A stretch of 64,000 bases of DNA from Candidatus Hydrogenedentota bacterium (lineage in GTDB: Bacteria; Hydrogenedentota; Hydrogenedentia; Hydrogenedentales; SLHB01): assembly GCA_020849535.1 (NCBI GenBank), contig JADLGB010000006.1, positions 43,534-107,533 of the forward strand, read 5' to 3'. Numbering within the stretch: the first letter of the stretch is position 1; each line of letters opens with the position of its first letter. Below, one piece after another: positions 29,960-41,090 of the stretch. The position numbers were made by a program, and so were the translations under genes. The notes below the pieces were generated by a model. That model was not told the DNA's origin. It was given only the letters and a program-made list of their open reading frames with translations, and searched no databases.

Positions 29960-30863
29960 TATGAAGCAAGCGGCCGGCGAAACCATCGCTGAGGTTACCC
30001 GCCTATCGAAGCGGTTTGGGAAGGTCATCGCGCTGGACGACGTGTCGCTGCAGGTGCCGCGCGGAGGCGTGTTCGGGCTAGTGGGCGAGAATGGCGCGGG
30101 AAAGACGACGCTGATTAAGCACTTCCTCGGACTCTTGAAACCCCAAACGGGGGTAGTGAGTGTATTTGGAATGGACCCGATCCGGTATCCGGAGGAGGTG
30201 CTAGGGCAGATAGGCTATCTGTCTGAAGACCACGACCTGCCGCACTGGATGCGCATCCACGAGCTGCTGCGGTACACCAAATCGTTCTACCCGAAATGGG
30301 ATGACGCTTACGCCGAGGAACTCAGGCAGACCTTCGGGCTGGAGCTGGACGCGAAGGTGAAGAACCTGTCGCGGGGCCAGCGCGCGCAAGCGGGCCTGCT
30401 GACCGCATTGGCGCACCGCCCGGCGCTGTTGCTGCTGGACGAGCCCTCGTCGGGACTGGACGCGGTGGTCCGGCGGGATATCCTCGGCGCGATCATCCGC
30501 ACGGTCGCGGAGGAAGGGCGCACGGTTTTGTTCTCGTCGCACTTGCTCGACGAAGTCGAGCGTGTGGCGGACCGGGTGGCGATGATCAGCCGGAGCCGGG
30601 TGGTGCTGTGCGATTCGATGGAGAACATCAAGGCGACGCACCATTCGATCACGCTGCACTTCGATGAGCCGCCCGCGCAAGCGCCGATATTGGAAGGTGC
30701 GCTCGCCATCGAGGGCCGGGGCAAGGAATGGACGGCCGTCTGCAATGGGCAGCTCGATGACCTGAAGGCGTCGGCGGCCCGGCTCAATGCGAGCGTGGTT
30801 GCGCAGTCTACTCCGAGCCTCGAGGACATCTTCGTGGCGCGGGCGGGACGGAGGGCCGTGTGA
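29952..30863 (+). CDS. ABC transporter ATP-binding protein.
   Basis: Walker A GENGAGKTTL, signature LSRGQRAQAG, Walker B LLLLDEPSSGLD. It overlaps the GntR stop. Confidence 0.85.
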   Translation: MSDMKQAAGETIAEVTRLSKRFGKVIALDDVSLQVPRGGVFGLVGENGAGKTTLIKHFLGLLKPQTGVVSVFGMDPIRYPEEVLGQIGYLSEDHDLPHWMRIHELLRYTKSFYPKWDDAYAEELRQTFGLELDAKVKNLSRGQRAQAGLLTALAHRPALLLLDEPSSGLDAVVRRDILGAIIRTVAEEGRTVLFSSHLLDEVERVADRVAMISRSRVVLCDSMENIKATHHSITLHFDEPPAQAPILEGALAIEGRGKEWTAVCNGQLDDLKASAARLNASVVAQSTPSLEDIFVARAGRRAV

Positions 30864-32503
30864 TGAACGGTTTACTGCCACGCAAAGAGGCTATCCGCGC
30901 GCTGCTGTGGGAAGACTGGCGGCGTTGCCGCTGGGCGTTTCTTGGAATCCTCGCGCTGGGAGCCGCGCTATCCCTGACGGGTTTTGCCGTGACCACGTAT
31001 TGGTGGCTGAAGGGTCACCATGATGTCGAGTTGGACGAAGAAGTCTACGCGTTGGCCGTGTGGCCGGTGTTCTTCTTCGCACTGTGGCTCGTGTTCTCCT
31101 TGTCGGATCCCAAGGATGTCACGCCGCGCATTCCCGCGCGGCACTATGCGCTGCCTGTGTCTCCGCGCAAGGTGGCGCTGGTGCACCTGCTCTTCCGACT
31201 GGCGTTGATTGGCGTGTTGATGGCGTTGCTGTCGGCGCTGGTCCAAATGGCGATGCTGACATTCGTGCCGGTGCAAATACTCGGGACGGCGGCCGGAGCG
31301 ATGGCCGGTTTTCTGGTCCTTCAATGCTTGGCGTGGACTTTCGGGAACTTTGGAGGAATACCTTTCTTTGTGTCGCTGGTCATGCTGCCCATAGTGCTTT
31401 CCGTCAGCAACGCGGAAGAGAAGCTCGGTTCAGTAATTCAGGCCACGGATGCGCTTGGAGTGCCGAGACTCTTCCTCCTGCTGATCGCGCTGCTCGGGAT
31501 TGGGTGGCTTGCGATCGAAGGCGCGCGTATGGGCCGCCATGTGGATCCATCGTTGCCGCTTCTTTGGCGCATCGGTTTCCTGAGATTGGGGTGGCGTCCT
31601 CGTGACGGAAAGGTCAGTCCCCTCAAGGCGCAGGTCAATTATGAATGGAAACGCAAGGGAAGGCTGCTGCCGGTCTTGACGCTGAGCTTCGTCGCGGTTG
31701 CAGTGTTCTTCTTTGTCACGTATGCCGATACCAGTGTCCCTCGGAATAGGCTCGGCGCCCTCGGGCTCTCGATGATGTTGTTTCCTGTCTATGCGGCACC
31801 AATTGCGGCAATTCTCGCCGGGGTACTCGGGCCGCTCGACGATTACCGGCAGCGCATCTCCGGTGTTGGGCTCTTTCTGTTCACGCGCGCGGCAGACAAC
31901 GGACTCCATTCGCGAGCCCGGCTCATCATGAGTCTAAAGTCGGTCAGCGTGACGATGGGTTCCTGTCTCCTCATCATGTGCGGTGGCGTCGTCCTGACGA
32001 CAATCGCACGGCCAGAGACTCTTCTTCATTACTACGCCAACCTCTCGTGGACCTGGTTGCCGGGAGCGGTCATGATCGCGGCGAGCTATGTCTTGATGGT
32101 GTGGACGCTTTACTGGATGGCCATTCCTGGAGCGATTCTCTGGTTCTGGTTGGTGTTGGTGACGATCAGTAATGAGCTGATTGACGGCGGTACCCACCCG
32201 TTCTTCGCGTTCATGCTAGTCTGGCCACCGAGTCTCGCAATGATCGCAGCCACGATCTATGTGGTGAGGCGAAACGCGCAAGCCGAGACGCCATTCCCGT
32301 GGGCATCCAGACTCGCGATTTACACGTCGGTCGCGGCGCTGTGCGTGATCGCGTGGGTCGGCGACTTCAATTCCATATGGGATTCGACGGTGGCGCAGTT
32401 CGGCATGCTCACGGTGCTTCCCGCCATTTTGGCGCTGGCGCTGTGCCCGGCCTTTCCCATACTCGCGCAACCGATGCTCGTCGAGCGTTTGCGCCGCGGC
32501 TGA
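30860..32503 (+). CDS. Large polytopic membrane protein (putative ABC-associated permease), paralog A.
   Basis: 547 aa with ≥10 hydrophobic helices. Shares N-terminal (ALLWEDWRR…), middle (DPKDVTPRIPARHYALPV…) and C-terminal (…ILAQPMLVERLRRG) blocks with the downstream gene. Confidence 0.6.
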   Translation: MMNGLLPRKEAIRALLWEDWRRCRWAFLGILALGAALSLTGFAVTTYWWLKGHHDVELDEEVYALAVWPVFFFALWLVFSLSDPKDVTPRIPARHYALPVSPRKVALVHLLFRLALIGVLMALLSALVQMAMLTFVPVQILGTAAGAMAGFLVLQCLAWTFGNFGGIPFFVSLVMLPIVLSVSNAEEKLGSVIQATDALGVPRLFLLLIALLGIGWLAIEGARMGRHVDPSLPLLWRIGFLRLGWRPRDGKVSPLKAQVNYEWKRKGRLLPVLTLSFVAVAVFFFVTYADTSVPRNRLGALGLSMMLFPVYAAPIAAILAGVLGPLDDYRQRISGVGLFLFTRAADNGLHSRARLIMSLKSVSVTMGSCLLIMCGGVVLTTIARPETLLHYYANLSWTWLPGAVMIAASYVLMVWTLYWMAIPGAILWFWLVLVTISNELIDGGTHPFFAFMLVWPPSLAMIAATIYVVRRNAQAETPFPWASRLAIYTSVAALCVIAWVGDFNSIWDSTVAQFGMLTVLPAILALALCPAFPILAQPMLVERLRRG

Positions 32504-32521
32504 GACCGAAAAGGAGGAACC

Positions 32522-34366
32522 ATGCGTTCGTACAAGACACACTCCCTAGGTCCCATCGGCGCGCTTCTGTGGGAGAACTGGCGGCTGACGTACCTCGCGT
32601 TCGCTGTGGCATTCGTACTGGGCGCTGGCGTGACGCACTCCCTCGCCGAAGTGCACAGGCTACAGCCCAATACCATGTGGGAAGACCCTGTCTTGCCCAG
32701 TTACGCGATGTGCAGCTTTGCGCTCTTTATGTATGGAGCCATTCTTCTCTTCTCGCTCGCAGACCCGAAGAGCTTGACCATGCGGATTCCGGCACGGCAC
32801 TACACGCTTCCCGTGAAGACGAGTTGGATGGTCGCCGCGCATCTGGCCTACCGCGTGCTGAGTTTCACGTTGCTGGCGCTGGCATTATCCACGTTGTTGC
32901 GGGTGGAGTTTGGCGAGTTAATCGAACACAGCCTTGCGGTAGACATGGCGGTTGCGGTGCTCCTCTTCAGCTACGTGCTGGCAGTGGCGTGGTCGTGGGG
33001 TACGATGCGGCCTCTGGCCACCGCGATAATTGCAGCGGCGCTGCCCGCCATAGCCATCGGAGCCCTGATCGTCCTAGACGAGAGCAGACAACCCCCGGCC
33101 ATGCCCATGTCCGGGGTGTATTCGCAGAGACTGGGTCTAGCCGGTTCTGAGGGGACTCGTGGGGGGCGTCGCCGAGATGCTGCTTCTCTCTTTGCGCAGT
33201 CGGAATTGGCGGCGCAGAATCTGGCGCGCGAGCGCGCTTCAGAGCAGCGCGGACGCGGCGAACTTGGCGCCCGGCGCCGGATAGGCGCGGATGCTACGGC
33301 GATTCGTCAGGCGGAGATGGAATCAGCGGCCGCGCCGCGCCCAACGGAGCCTTCGACCATTCTGTTTGGCATGTTTGGTGTCGCCGCGGCACACCTCTTA
33401 ATTGCGTTCGCCTGCGGACTGCGCGGGCGAACCGGCGCCGATGGGAGTGCGAGTTGGGGTCGTGTGGCCGCCAGGGTACTTGGAAGTGGCCCGAGAATTA
33501 CGTCCACGGCGCAGCAGGCCCAGATGTGGTACGAGTGGCGCCGGAAGGGTTATGTGTTTCCCGGGATGACGCTCTGCTTTGTCATCGTCTCGGGAATCGT
33601 TGCACTCTGCTTCGATGGCGAGATTGACGACCTTCCCGGGTTTCTGGTTGTTGCTCCTGCGTATGCCTCGGTTTTCAGCGCCTTCTTCACGGGATTGTAC
33701 ATGCTTTCCGTGGACTACCGGCACGCGTCATCCGGTTTGTCGACGTTCCTGTACACGCGGCCTTTGTCGACCGATGCATATACGCGGGCCAGGCTTCGTA
33801 TGAGCGTGCAGAGCGTGCTCTTGAATCTGTGTCTGTGTATTGCCTGTGCGCTGGTTGGCTTTTCCTTGTCGGGAGGACGGGAAATCGCAGGGGAACTGGA
33901 GGAGGTGTCCTTCTTTGTCTTCGCCTTCCTCGCCTACGGGTTGCTGCTCTGGTCGCTGCTGTGGATGAGCATCCCGGTGCTCGTCTATCTCTTCTGGTTT
34001 GGATGCTACTTCTACTATCAATCCATGGTGAATTCGGATTTCTCGCGGGTCAGCGAGTACACCCACATGTTCTGGCTGGTGTGGATTCCCGCGGTGGCGG
34101 TTGCGGTGATAACCGCCGCAGTGTGGCGCCACCCCACTACGTGGCAGACATTATCCGATGCCACGTTGTCGCGCGCGCGCAGGATGATGGTGGCGGCCTT
34201 GTTCATTATGGGGATGGGCCTGTGGCTGTCAGGCGAACTCGTCACGTCGGATGCACTCGTTTTCGAGGGATTCACCGTCATACTGGCAGTGGTGGGGCTG
34301 AGCATGGTGCCCGCGCTGGCCATCATCTCGCAGCCATTGCTGCTGGAGAAGTTGCGGCGGAGGTAA
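32522..34366 (+). CDS. Large polytopic membrane protein, paralog B, with an Arg/Ala/Glu-rich cytoplasmic insert.
   Basis: 614 aa. Shared blocks are [11 protein letters not shown]…, [18 protein letters not shown]… and …[14 protein letters not shown]. The insert reads …[41 protein letters not shown]…. Confidence 0.6.
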   Translation: MRSYKTHSLGPIGALLWENWRLTYLAFAVAFVLGAGVTHSLAEVHRLQPNTMWEDPVLPSYAMCSFALFMYGAILLFSLADPKSLTMRIPARHYTLPVKTSWMVAAHLAYRVLSFTLLALALSTLLRVEFGELIEHSLAVDMAVAVLLFSYVLAVAWSWGTMRPLATAIIAAALPAIAIGALIVLDESRQPPAMPMSGVYSQRLGLAGSEGTRGGRRRDAASLFAQSELAAQNLARERASEQRGRGELGARRRIGADATAIRQAEMESAAAPRPTEPSTILFGMFGVAAAHLLIAFACGLRGRTGADGSASWGRVAARVLGSGPRITSTAQQAQMWYEWRRKGYVFPGMTLCFVIVSGIVALCFDGEIDDLPGFLVVAPAYASVFSAFFTGLYMLSVDYRHASSGLSTFLYTRPLSTDAYTRARLRMSVQSVLLNLCLCIACALVGFSLSGGREIAGELEEVSFFVFAFLAYGLLLWSLLWMSIPVLVYLFWFGCYFYYQSMVNSDFSRVSEYTHMFWLVWIPAVAVAVITAAVWRHPTTWQTLSDATLSRARRMMVAALFIMGMGLWLSGELVTSDALVFEGFTVILAVVGLSMVPALAIISQPLLLEKLRRR

Positions 34367-34466
34367 AGGGGCGGGGTCGAAGATGACCGGCGAGGCCGCC
34401 GGTCCCACACATGATTGTCCCTCACGTGATTGTCCCTCATGCAAGTATACACGGGGGAGGTGCAGC

Positions 34467-35357
<891 letters not shown>

Positions 35358-35857
35358 GAGGTTCGCCGAAAGAGCGGTCGCGGAGCCTCACCACGAAAGC
35401 CAGGAAACATGCAGCGCGGCATGGGCGCAGCCAAGGAAGAGGGACTGTCCGCAGATGACGCGGATGAGCGCAGACGAACGCGGAGGAACGCGAATGAACG
35501 CGAATGAACGCCAATAGAGAAGGGCGATTTACCGAAACTGCGTGTGGTCTCTTGAGGTCTGAAGGACCGGCCCCATACTAGCCCAGGGCAGAGCGAAGCG
35601 CCGCCCTGGGTCCACACCGCCTTCCCCCTAGTCTTGAGCGCTGAAGGCGCGGCACGAGGCCCAAGAGACGCGGTTACAAACCGCGTCTACGATGACGCTT
35701 CTCCCCCCTGACTCTTTACTAAAGCGCCGCGTGCGAAGGGCTGCTCCCCACGTGTGGCCTGAACGGCCAGAATGCTCAAAGTCTAATGCGGCATGACCTC
35801 GGCCAGACGAAGATAGTTGTCCACCGATCGCACCGATACTGAAGGTGGATGAAGAAG

Positions 35858-36553
35858 TCACCTCTCGCAAACATACGCCATCAAGAATCCTGAGCAGTCC
35901 TTCCGCAGGAGTCTGAGTCCTGCGCGGTTCAGCATACCTTCGAGGATCCAATCGAGCGTGGAGAATTCGGACTTGATGTGCCGAATCGTCTTCTCCGCGA
36001 AGTCATCGCCCCCTTGTTTGCGTATACCGGCAATGAGCGCCTCGAAATAGGCGTCGAAGTCCGGCGTCTGCGAGGGAAACACGACGTCCCGGAGGTAGAA
36101 GCGTCCGCCTTTTCGCAGCTTCTGGGCGATGTTGTCGAGTGCCCGGGCCTTCCAGAAATCGGGAAGGTGGTGCAGCGCCAGTTGTGAAACGATGGCATCC
36201 ACTTGAGTTTCGGGCTGAAATCCAGAGAGGAAGCCGCCCAATGCGAACTCGACGTTTTCAACGCCTCGCTCTTCCGCCTTGCGGCGTGCATACGCCAGCA
36301 TGACGGGCGAGACGTCGGACGCGATGACCTTCTTGCACGTGCGGGACAAGTGGAGCGCGCACTCCCCTGTTCCGGTGCCGATTTCCCAAACCGTGAAGCC
36401 TGGTTCGATCGCGATCGCTTCCGCAATACCGGCGGCTTCCTTCGCCACGTCGCGAAGGCACTGCATGCGCTCATCGTACTCGCGGACTTCATTCTCATCG
36501 CGGTAGTCCGTGCCAATCTGGACCGATTCATCGTATTGCCATGGGTGCGTCAT
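35858..36553 (-). CDS. Class I SAM-dependent methyltransferase.
   Basis: Start re-assigned to MTHPWQYDE… (ATG at 36553, AAGGA RBS). Motif I VWEIGTGTGECALHLS, motif II …KVIASDVSPVML…. Confidence 0.75.
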   Translation of the reverse strand: MTHPWQYDESVQIGTDYRDENEVREYDERMQCLRDVAKEAAGIAEAIAIEPGFTVWEIGTGTGECALHLSRTCKKVIASDVSPVMLAYARRKAEERGVENVEFALGGFLSGFQPETQVDAIVSQLALHHLPDFWKARALDNIAQKLRKGGRFYLRDVVFPSQTPDFDAYFEALIAGIRKQGGDDFAEKTIRHIKSEFSTLDWILEGMLNRAGLRLLRKDCSGFLMAYVCER

Positions 36554-36769
36554 AGGTATCCTTACAAAATCAATGCATACGTGGGCCGTGACAGACGGCC
36601 CACGCACGCGAGCTTACCTAACGTGCAGGATGTCAGAAAAGTAACGCACATGCTACATGGCTTTCGCACTACTGGAGAGTACCGAATTATCGGATAATGC
36701 TTCCCGTGTATTTTCGGACATGTTCCGAGTTCTTGCGGATTTCTCGCAAAGTCTGGGCCCGGTGAAAAA

Positions 36770-37028
36770 GTCCCGATAGGGACGACAGATAATAGCCCAG
36801 CGATTCATCGCTGGGTCCGCGGGACCCCATACTTCCCAAGCCCCGGCAGGGGCGAAAGAGTCCATACCAGCTCCAGTACCACGTATTTCACGTCATGCTT
36901 CTCATGCAAAACATCCCATCTATTCTTGAACATGGTCTTCCGATGATACCTCGCCTGCTCTATCGTCCCTGACGGGACTCGTATTCTGGTTTCCAGGCTA
37001 CCCAGCGATGAATCGCTGGGCTATTATC
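36770..37028. repeat. Composite intergenic element: two pairs of perfect hairpins (GTCCCGATAGGGAC / CCCAGCGATTCATCGCTGGG types) flanking ~135 bp (MITE/REP-like).
   Basis: Left module ~36770-36822 (GTCCCGATAGGGACGACAGATAATAGCCCAGCGATTCATCGCTGGGT). Right module ~36959-37028 (CTATCGTCCCTGACGGGACTCG…ACCCAGCGATGAATCGCTGGGCTATTAT). Flanking track ORFs both translate the same 'NRWAII' stretch. Confidence 0.7.
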
Positions 37029-37383
37029 TTTCGCCCATACGGGCTGAAATCACCCAAGACGGAGGCTCGGATGGAGACACGCGTTTCCTGGTCATTTCGC
37101 GTCGGCACCAAGGGAAAGCGCAGGGAGCTGGCATACTCTGCGGCAAGTGAAGAAGCCGGCAGGGATGCCGGCGCTCCTGACCACGTGCAGGCATGCGCCG
37201 CGTTTGGGCGGAAGCATGGCTTGGTCTGGTATACTACGTGAGGGGATGGAGTGCCGTCTCGCCGCCATACCGTGGCGCGGCATTAATTTGTCTTCCGGCC
37301 TTCCTCCGCCTATACTTAGGAGTCGCCGCGTTGCGGTGCGAGCACTCATTGCTCGGAAACGTCTGTAGACAGAGGGAATCACG

Positions 37384-38001
37384 ATGAAACGATTCGCCGT
37401 GTTGGCCGTGTTGTGTCTCGCCGCCTTGGTTGCGTGCAAGAAGCCTCCGCCTGAACCACCCACTCCGCCACCCCCACCGCCTCCTACCGCTGAGGCGTTG
37501 GAGCAGCGCGTCATGGAGAAAGTGGGACCGCTCGTCAGCCCTGACCCACAAAGCGGCAAGGCGATGGTGGAGACCCTTTCCAAAGAGGTGGCAAGCTTGA
37601 AGACGGAATTGAACGGCGAAAGCGCGCGCAAACGCCTTCAAAATCAGTTCGTCGAGAAGCTGAAGGAAGCCCACCAATCCGAACAGTGGGACTTTGTCGT
37701 GAACTTGTGCGACGCGGTGGACGTGCTGGACCCGGGGAATACCCGGACGTCGCGGTATCGTCAGCGCGCCATGGACGAGAAGAGCCGTCCGGTGGTCACG
37801 ATGAAGGGGGTCTTTGAGCAAGATGGGGTGACCACGGTCTTTCTGGAGATCTTGCTGCCCACTACTGGGGAAGTCGTCGACAAGCAGGTCCGTGAGGGCG
37901 AAGAGTTCTATGGGCTCATCCTCGAGAAGATCATTGGCAACAACCAGGGTGTGCGGCTGAAATACCTCAAGACGGACACGTCGTTCGACGTGAAGAAGTA
38001 G
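37384..38001 (+). CDS. Hypothetical lipoprotein (Pro-rich linker), paralog 1.
   Basis: Signal peptide plus lipobox (LAALVAC), PPEPPTPPPPPPPT linker. Its C-terminal …ILLPTTGEVVDKQVREGEEFYGLILEKIIG… is shared with the next gene. Confidence 0.55.
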   Translation: MKRFAVLAVLCLAALVACKKPPPEPPTPPPPPPPTAEALEQRVMEKVGPLVSPDPQSGKAMVETLSKEVASLKTELNGESARKRLQNQFVEKLKEAHQSEQWDFVVNLCDAVDVLDPGNTRTSRYRQRAMDEKSRPVVTMKGVFEQDGVTTVFLEILLPTTGEVVDKQVREGEEFYGLILEKIIGNNQGVRLKYLKTDTSFDVKK

Positions 38002-38029
38002 GTTCGAGAACGCGGAGGATCCCGGCGCC

Positions 38030-38722
38030 TTGAGCGTAAGGTTCAGACTGCGTATCGCCGCGCGATTGGCGCCGCTGGTTATACTGGGGTTCGGCGGCTG
38101 CGACGTAGACCAACTACCGCAGCCGCCTGCCGTCCCCGGGCAGACGCCTGAGACGAAAGAGGCGATCCAGGCGGAGATCGAGGCGGGCCTGCAACCGATA
38201 TACGATTTTGTGGGGACCCTCACGCGTCAAACGCCGCTACCTCCCGGATATGCGGAACAGTCGCTGGCATACGTGCAGGGGGTCGTATCGAAGTACTCCG
38301 GGACTCCCGCGGGCCAAGAGGCGTTGCACGGCGTGGAACGTCACCTCGAGGACGCGCTCAAGACAGCCCGCGAAGCCCAGAACGGCCTCGCCGTCCTGAT
38401 GATTTGCAGCTTGATCCGGACCATCGACCCCGATAATCCGCGTCTGGCGCGACACGAGGAATGGGCAACCATCGAAAAGAACCGGCCCGTGGTCATGCTG
38501 CGCGGGTGGTATGAGGACCGCGAGTCGAATCCGCCCACCGTGAATGCGTTCCTTGAGGTGTATCTGCCGGAGACCGGCGAGGTCCAGCATCTCCGGGTGC
38601 GCGAAGGCGAGGAGTTTCTGGGCCTGAAGTTCCACAAGATCATCGGGAAGCGCCGAGGCATGCGGATGGAGTATCTCAGAACAGGGGACCTCTTCGAGGT
38701 GTACATGCGCTCATGGCAATGA
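38030..38722 (+). CDS. Hypothetical lipoprotein, paralog 2.
   Basis: C-terminal …VYLPETGEVQHLRVREGEEFLGLKFHKIIG… is homologous to the preceding gene; GGC lipobox (ILGFGGC). Confidence 0.55.
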   Translation: MSVRFRLRIAARLAPLVILGFGGCDVDQLPQPPAVPGQTPETKEAIQAEIEAGLQPIYDFVGTLTRQTPLPPGYAEQSLAYVQGVVSKYSGTPAGQEALHGVERHLEDALKTAREAQNGLAVLMICSLIRTIDPDNPRLARHEEWATIEKNRPVVMLRGWYEDRESNPPTVNAFLEVYLPETGEVQHLRVREGEEFLGLKFHKIIGKRRGMRMEYLRTGDLFEVYMRSWQ

Positions 38723-40443
38723 TCGGCGAAAGCGGGTTTCGGTTCCTGGTCTGTCTTGCGGTGGTGTCGGCCGCGTTCGTGGCCTACGTCAACACCTTTC
38801 CCGGCGACTTCGTGTGGGACGACGTGTCCTCGGTGTTGCTCCACGAAGATGTGACCAACGGCCGCCTCACGGAGCTGTTCACGAAGGACCAGCACGCCTA
38901 CGGCCGTGGCCAGGGGAACTTCTATCGCCCGCTGGTCTCAACGTCGTTTCTCGTCGATTTCGCCCTGTCCAAGGCCGGTGATCCCACCCCTGCCCCCAGC
39001 CCGGAGGAGGTGCCTCGCGTCAGTCCGTTCTTCTTCCACATCACCAACGTGTTGTGGCATGCGGCCGCCGCGCTGGCCTTCTTTCTGGTGCTCGCGCGCC
39101 TGGGCGCGCCGCGCTTCGTCCAGGCTGCGGTGCCGCTCCTGTATGTCGTCCACCCGCTCCACACCGAGGCCGTAGCGTACATCAGCGGCCGCGCCGACCC
39201 CATGGCGGCGGCCTTTGGATTCGCCGGGCTGTTTTTCGCCCTTGGGAGTGGCAGGCGCTGGATGGGCGCGGTGCTCTGTTGGGTGTGCTTCGCACTCGCA
39301 CTGCTCTGCAAGGAGTCGGCGACGATCTTTCCGTTCGTGTTGCTCGCGCTTGTCATCGGTATGTGGGTGAAGCGCAAGGCGGGCGAAACAGAGGCGGCTC
39401 CAGCCAGCACCCCGCCGTATGCCGCATTGATTGGTTCATTCGCCTTGGTGGTGGTCTATGGCATCCTCCGAATGACCGTGCTTCGCTTCTCCGATGAAAC
39501 CAGCGCGAACACTTCAGGCCTGCTGACCCGCACCGTGGAATCCATGCAGTCGCTCGCGGTGTATGTGAAGCTGATTGTCGCGCCCACGAACCTGCATATG
39601 GAACGCACGTTGGCCGAGGTGCCCGGCTGGGCGGCTCTGGCGGGGCTGCTCGTTGTGGCCGTGATTCTCGCGGTGGCCGTTTGGGCCTTGAAGACCGGAA
39701 GGACGCGCCTCTGGTTCGGCGCGGCGCTCTTTCTGATCACCTGGATTCCCATTTCCGGGATCTTCCCGCTGAACGCGCCCCTGGCCGAGCACTGGATGTA
39801 CGTGCCCTTGGCGGGCTTTCTCACGGTCGTGTTTGAACTCTTCGCGCCAGTCGGCCGTAACGCCGCGCTGCGGACCGCGCTCGCATTCGCGATCTTTCTC
39901 GCGGGGACCTTCTTCCTGTTGCAGACGGTCACGCGCAACCGGGACTGGCGCAGCAATGAATCGATCTACCTCGCGACCCTGGAGGACAATCCCAACTCGA
40001 TTCGCGTGAACTACAATCTCGCGGTCACCTATGAAGACCTGTCGGGCAATATCGCCGGCGCGAGGCGCTACTACAATCGGGTGGTCGCGCTGTACGCGGA
40101 CAAGAAGGCCAAAGACGCCACCCTGGCCGACACCTATTGGGAGGACGAGCTGGAGTCTCACGTGTCGCTCGGGCGGATCTACTTCGAGCAACAGCGTTAC
40201 CAGCCGGCCGCCGAGCATTTCGGGACTGTGCTTCGCGTCGAGCCCAATGAGCAGACGCGTCAGGCGGTGGGCACGGCGTTTCTCGGCATGGCCGAGACGC
40301 TCGCGGCGGTGCGGCAGTTCGACAACCTGCGTACCATGCTCGAGAGCGGTAGAGCCAAGTTCCCGGAGCTACAACAGCAGATCGACACGATGCTTCAAGC
40401 CCTGCCGCCAGCGACCTCGGGTGCCGCGCCCGGGCAGTCCTGA
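38713..40443 (+). CDS. Polytopic membrane protein with C-terminal TPR repeats (PMT/glycosyltransferase-39-like or O-antigen-ligase-like architecture).
   Basis: About 10 N-terminal TM helices, then TPR-like helical repeats (…YNLAVTYEDLSGNIAGARRYYNRVVALY…LGRIYFEQQRYQPAAEHFGTVLRV…). It overlaps the upstream gene stop. Confidence 0.55.
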   Translation: MAMIGESGFRFLVCLAVVSAAFVAYVNTFPGDFVWDDVSSVLLHEDVTNGRLTELFTKDQHAYGRGQGNFYRPLVSTSFLVDFALSKAGDPTPAPSPEEVPRVSPFFFHITNVLWHAAAALAFFLVLARLGAPRFVQAAVPLLYVVHPLHTEAVAYISGRADPMAAAFGFAGLFFALGSGRRWMGAVLCWVCFALALLCKESATIFPFVLLALVIGMWVKRKAGETEAAPASTPPYAALIGSFALVVVYGILRMTVLRFSDETSANTSGLLTRTVESMQSLAVYVKLIVAPTNLHMERTLAEVPGWAALAGLLVVAVILAVAVWALKTGRTRLWFGAALFLITWIPISGIFPLNAPLAEHWMYVPLAGFLTVVFELFAPVGRNAALRTALAFAIFLAGTFFLLQTVTRNRDWRSNESIYLATLEDNPNSIRVNYNLAVTYEDLSGNIAGARRYYNRVVALYADKKAKDATLADTYWEDELESHVSLGRIYFEQQRYQPAAEHFGTVLRVEPNEQTRQAVGTAFLGMAETLAAVRQFDNLRTMLESGRAKFPELQQQIDTMLQALPPATSGAAPGQS

Positions 40444-40507
40444 CGAGGGGCCAGGCGGATAGAACTGGGTCAGAGGGCGCTGGGGCGCCCGAGCGGTAAG
40501 GAGCACC

Positions 40508-40930
40508 ATGCTAAAGCAACGGCTGATTCACCCCGAAATCCTCGAAGCGCTGGCCGCGGCCGGCCACGGATCGCGCATTCTAATTACGGACGGTAACTAT
40601 CCCGGTAGTACGCGATTGGGCGAGAATGCGTCATTGATCTACCTGAACCTCGCTCCCGGACTTGTCAAAGTCACGGATGTGCTTTCGGCCATTCTTACGG
40701 CCATTCCCGTCGAGGATGCCGCGGTGATGGAACCGGAAGAGGGGCCGCAACCCGCCATCTTCGCGGAGTTCCAGCGCATGATGCCGTCGATCGAGCTGAC
40801 GCGCTACGGGCGTTATGAGTTCTATGAGGAGGCGTCCGGTCCGGACACCTGTCTTCAGGTTGTGACGGGGGAACAGCGCATTTACGCGAATTTGTTACTA
40901 ACGATAGGCGTGGTAATGCCCCAGGAATAG
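40508..40930 (+). CDS. RbsD/FucU family sugar mutarotase (D-ribose pyranase / L-fucose mutarotase-like).
   Basis: Conserved …AAGHGSRILITDGNYP… active-site region, ~140 aa. Confidence 0.7.
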   Translation: MLKQRLIHPEILEALAAAGHGSRILITDGNYPGSTRLGENASLIYLNLAPGLVKVTDVLSAILTAIPVEDAAVMEPEEGPQPAIFAEFQRMMPSIELTRYGRYEFYEEASGPDTCLQVVTGEQRIYANLLLTIGVVMPQE

Positions 40931-41090
40931 TGGACCGAAAACGCACGCCGACGGGCATGGATTTCGTGGTTTTCGTAAGATTGTGCAATGAGTCTGGACC
41001 GGGAAGACGCTTGTTCCATGCGCTGAAAAACACAGAACTTGCGTCGTTTTTGGGGAGCGCGTTCGCACTGAAAAGGAAGGCAGGGTTTTC

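Noticed and set aside
36610-37380. Small ORFs in the long intergenic region (36653-36865 minus, 37008-37241 plus, 37147-37368 plus) and elsewhere in gaps (13556-13783 minus, 14390-14767 plus, 14535-14777 plus, 28086-28379 plus).
   Set aside because: Their translations are read-throughs of the hairpin repeat elements (the same peptide stretches recur at different loci). No RBS or homology support.
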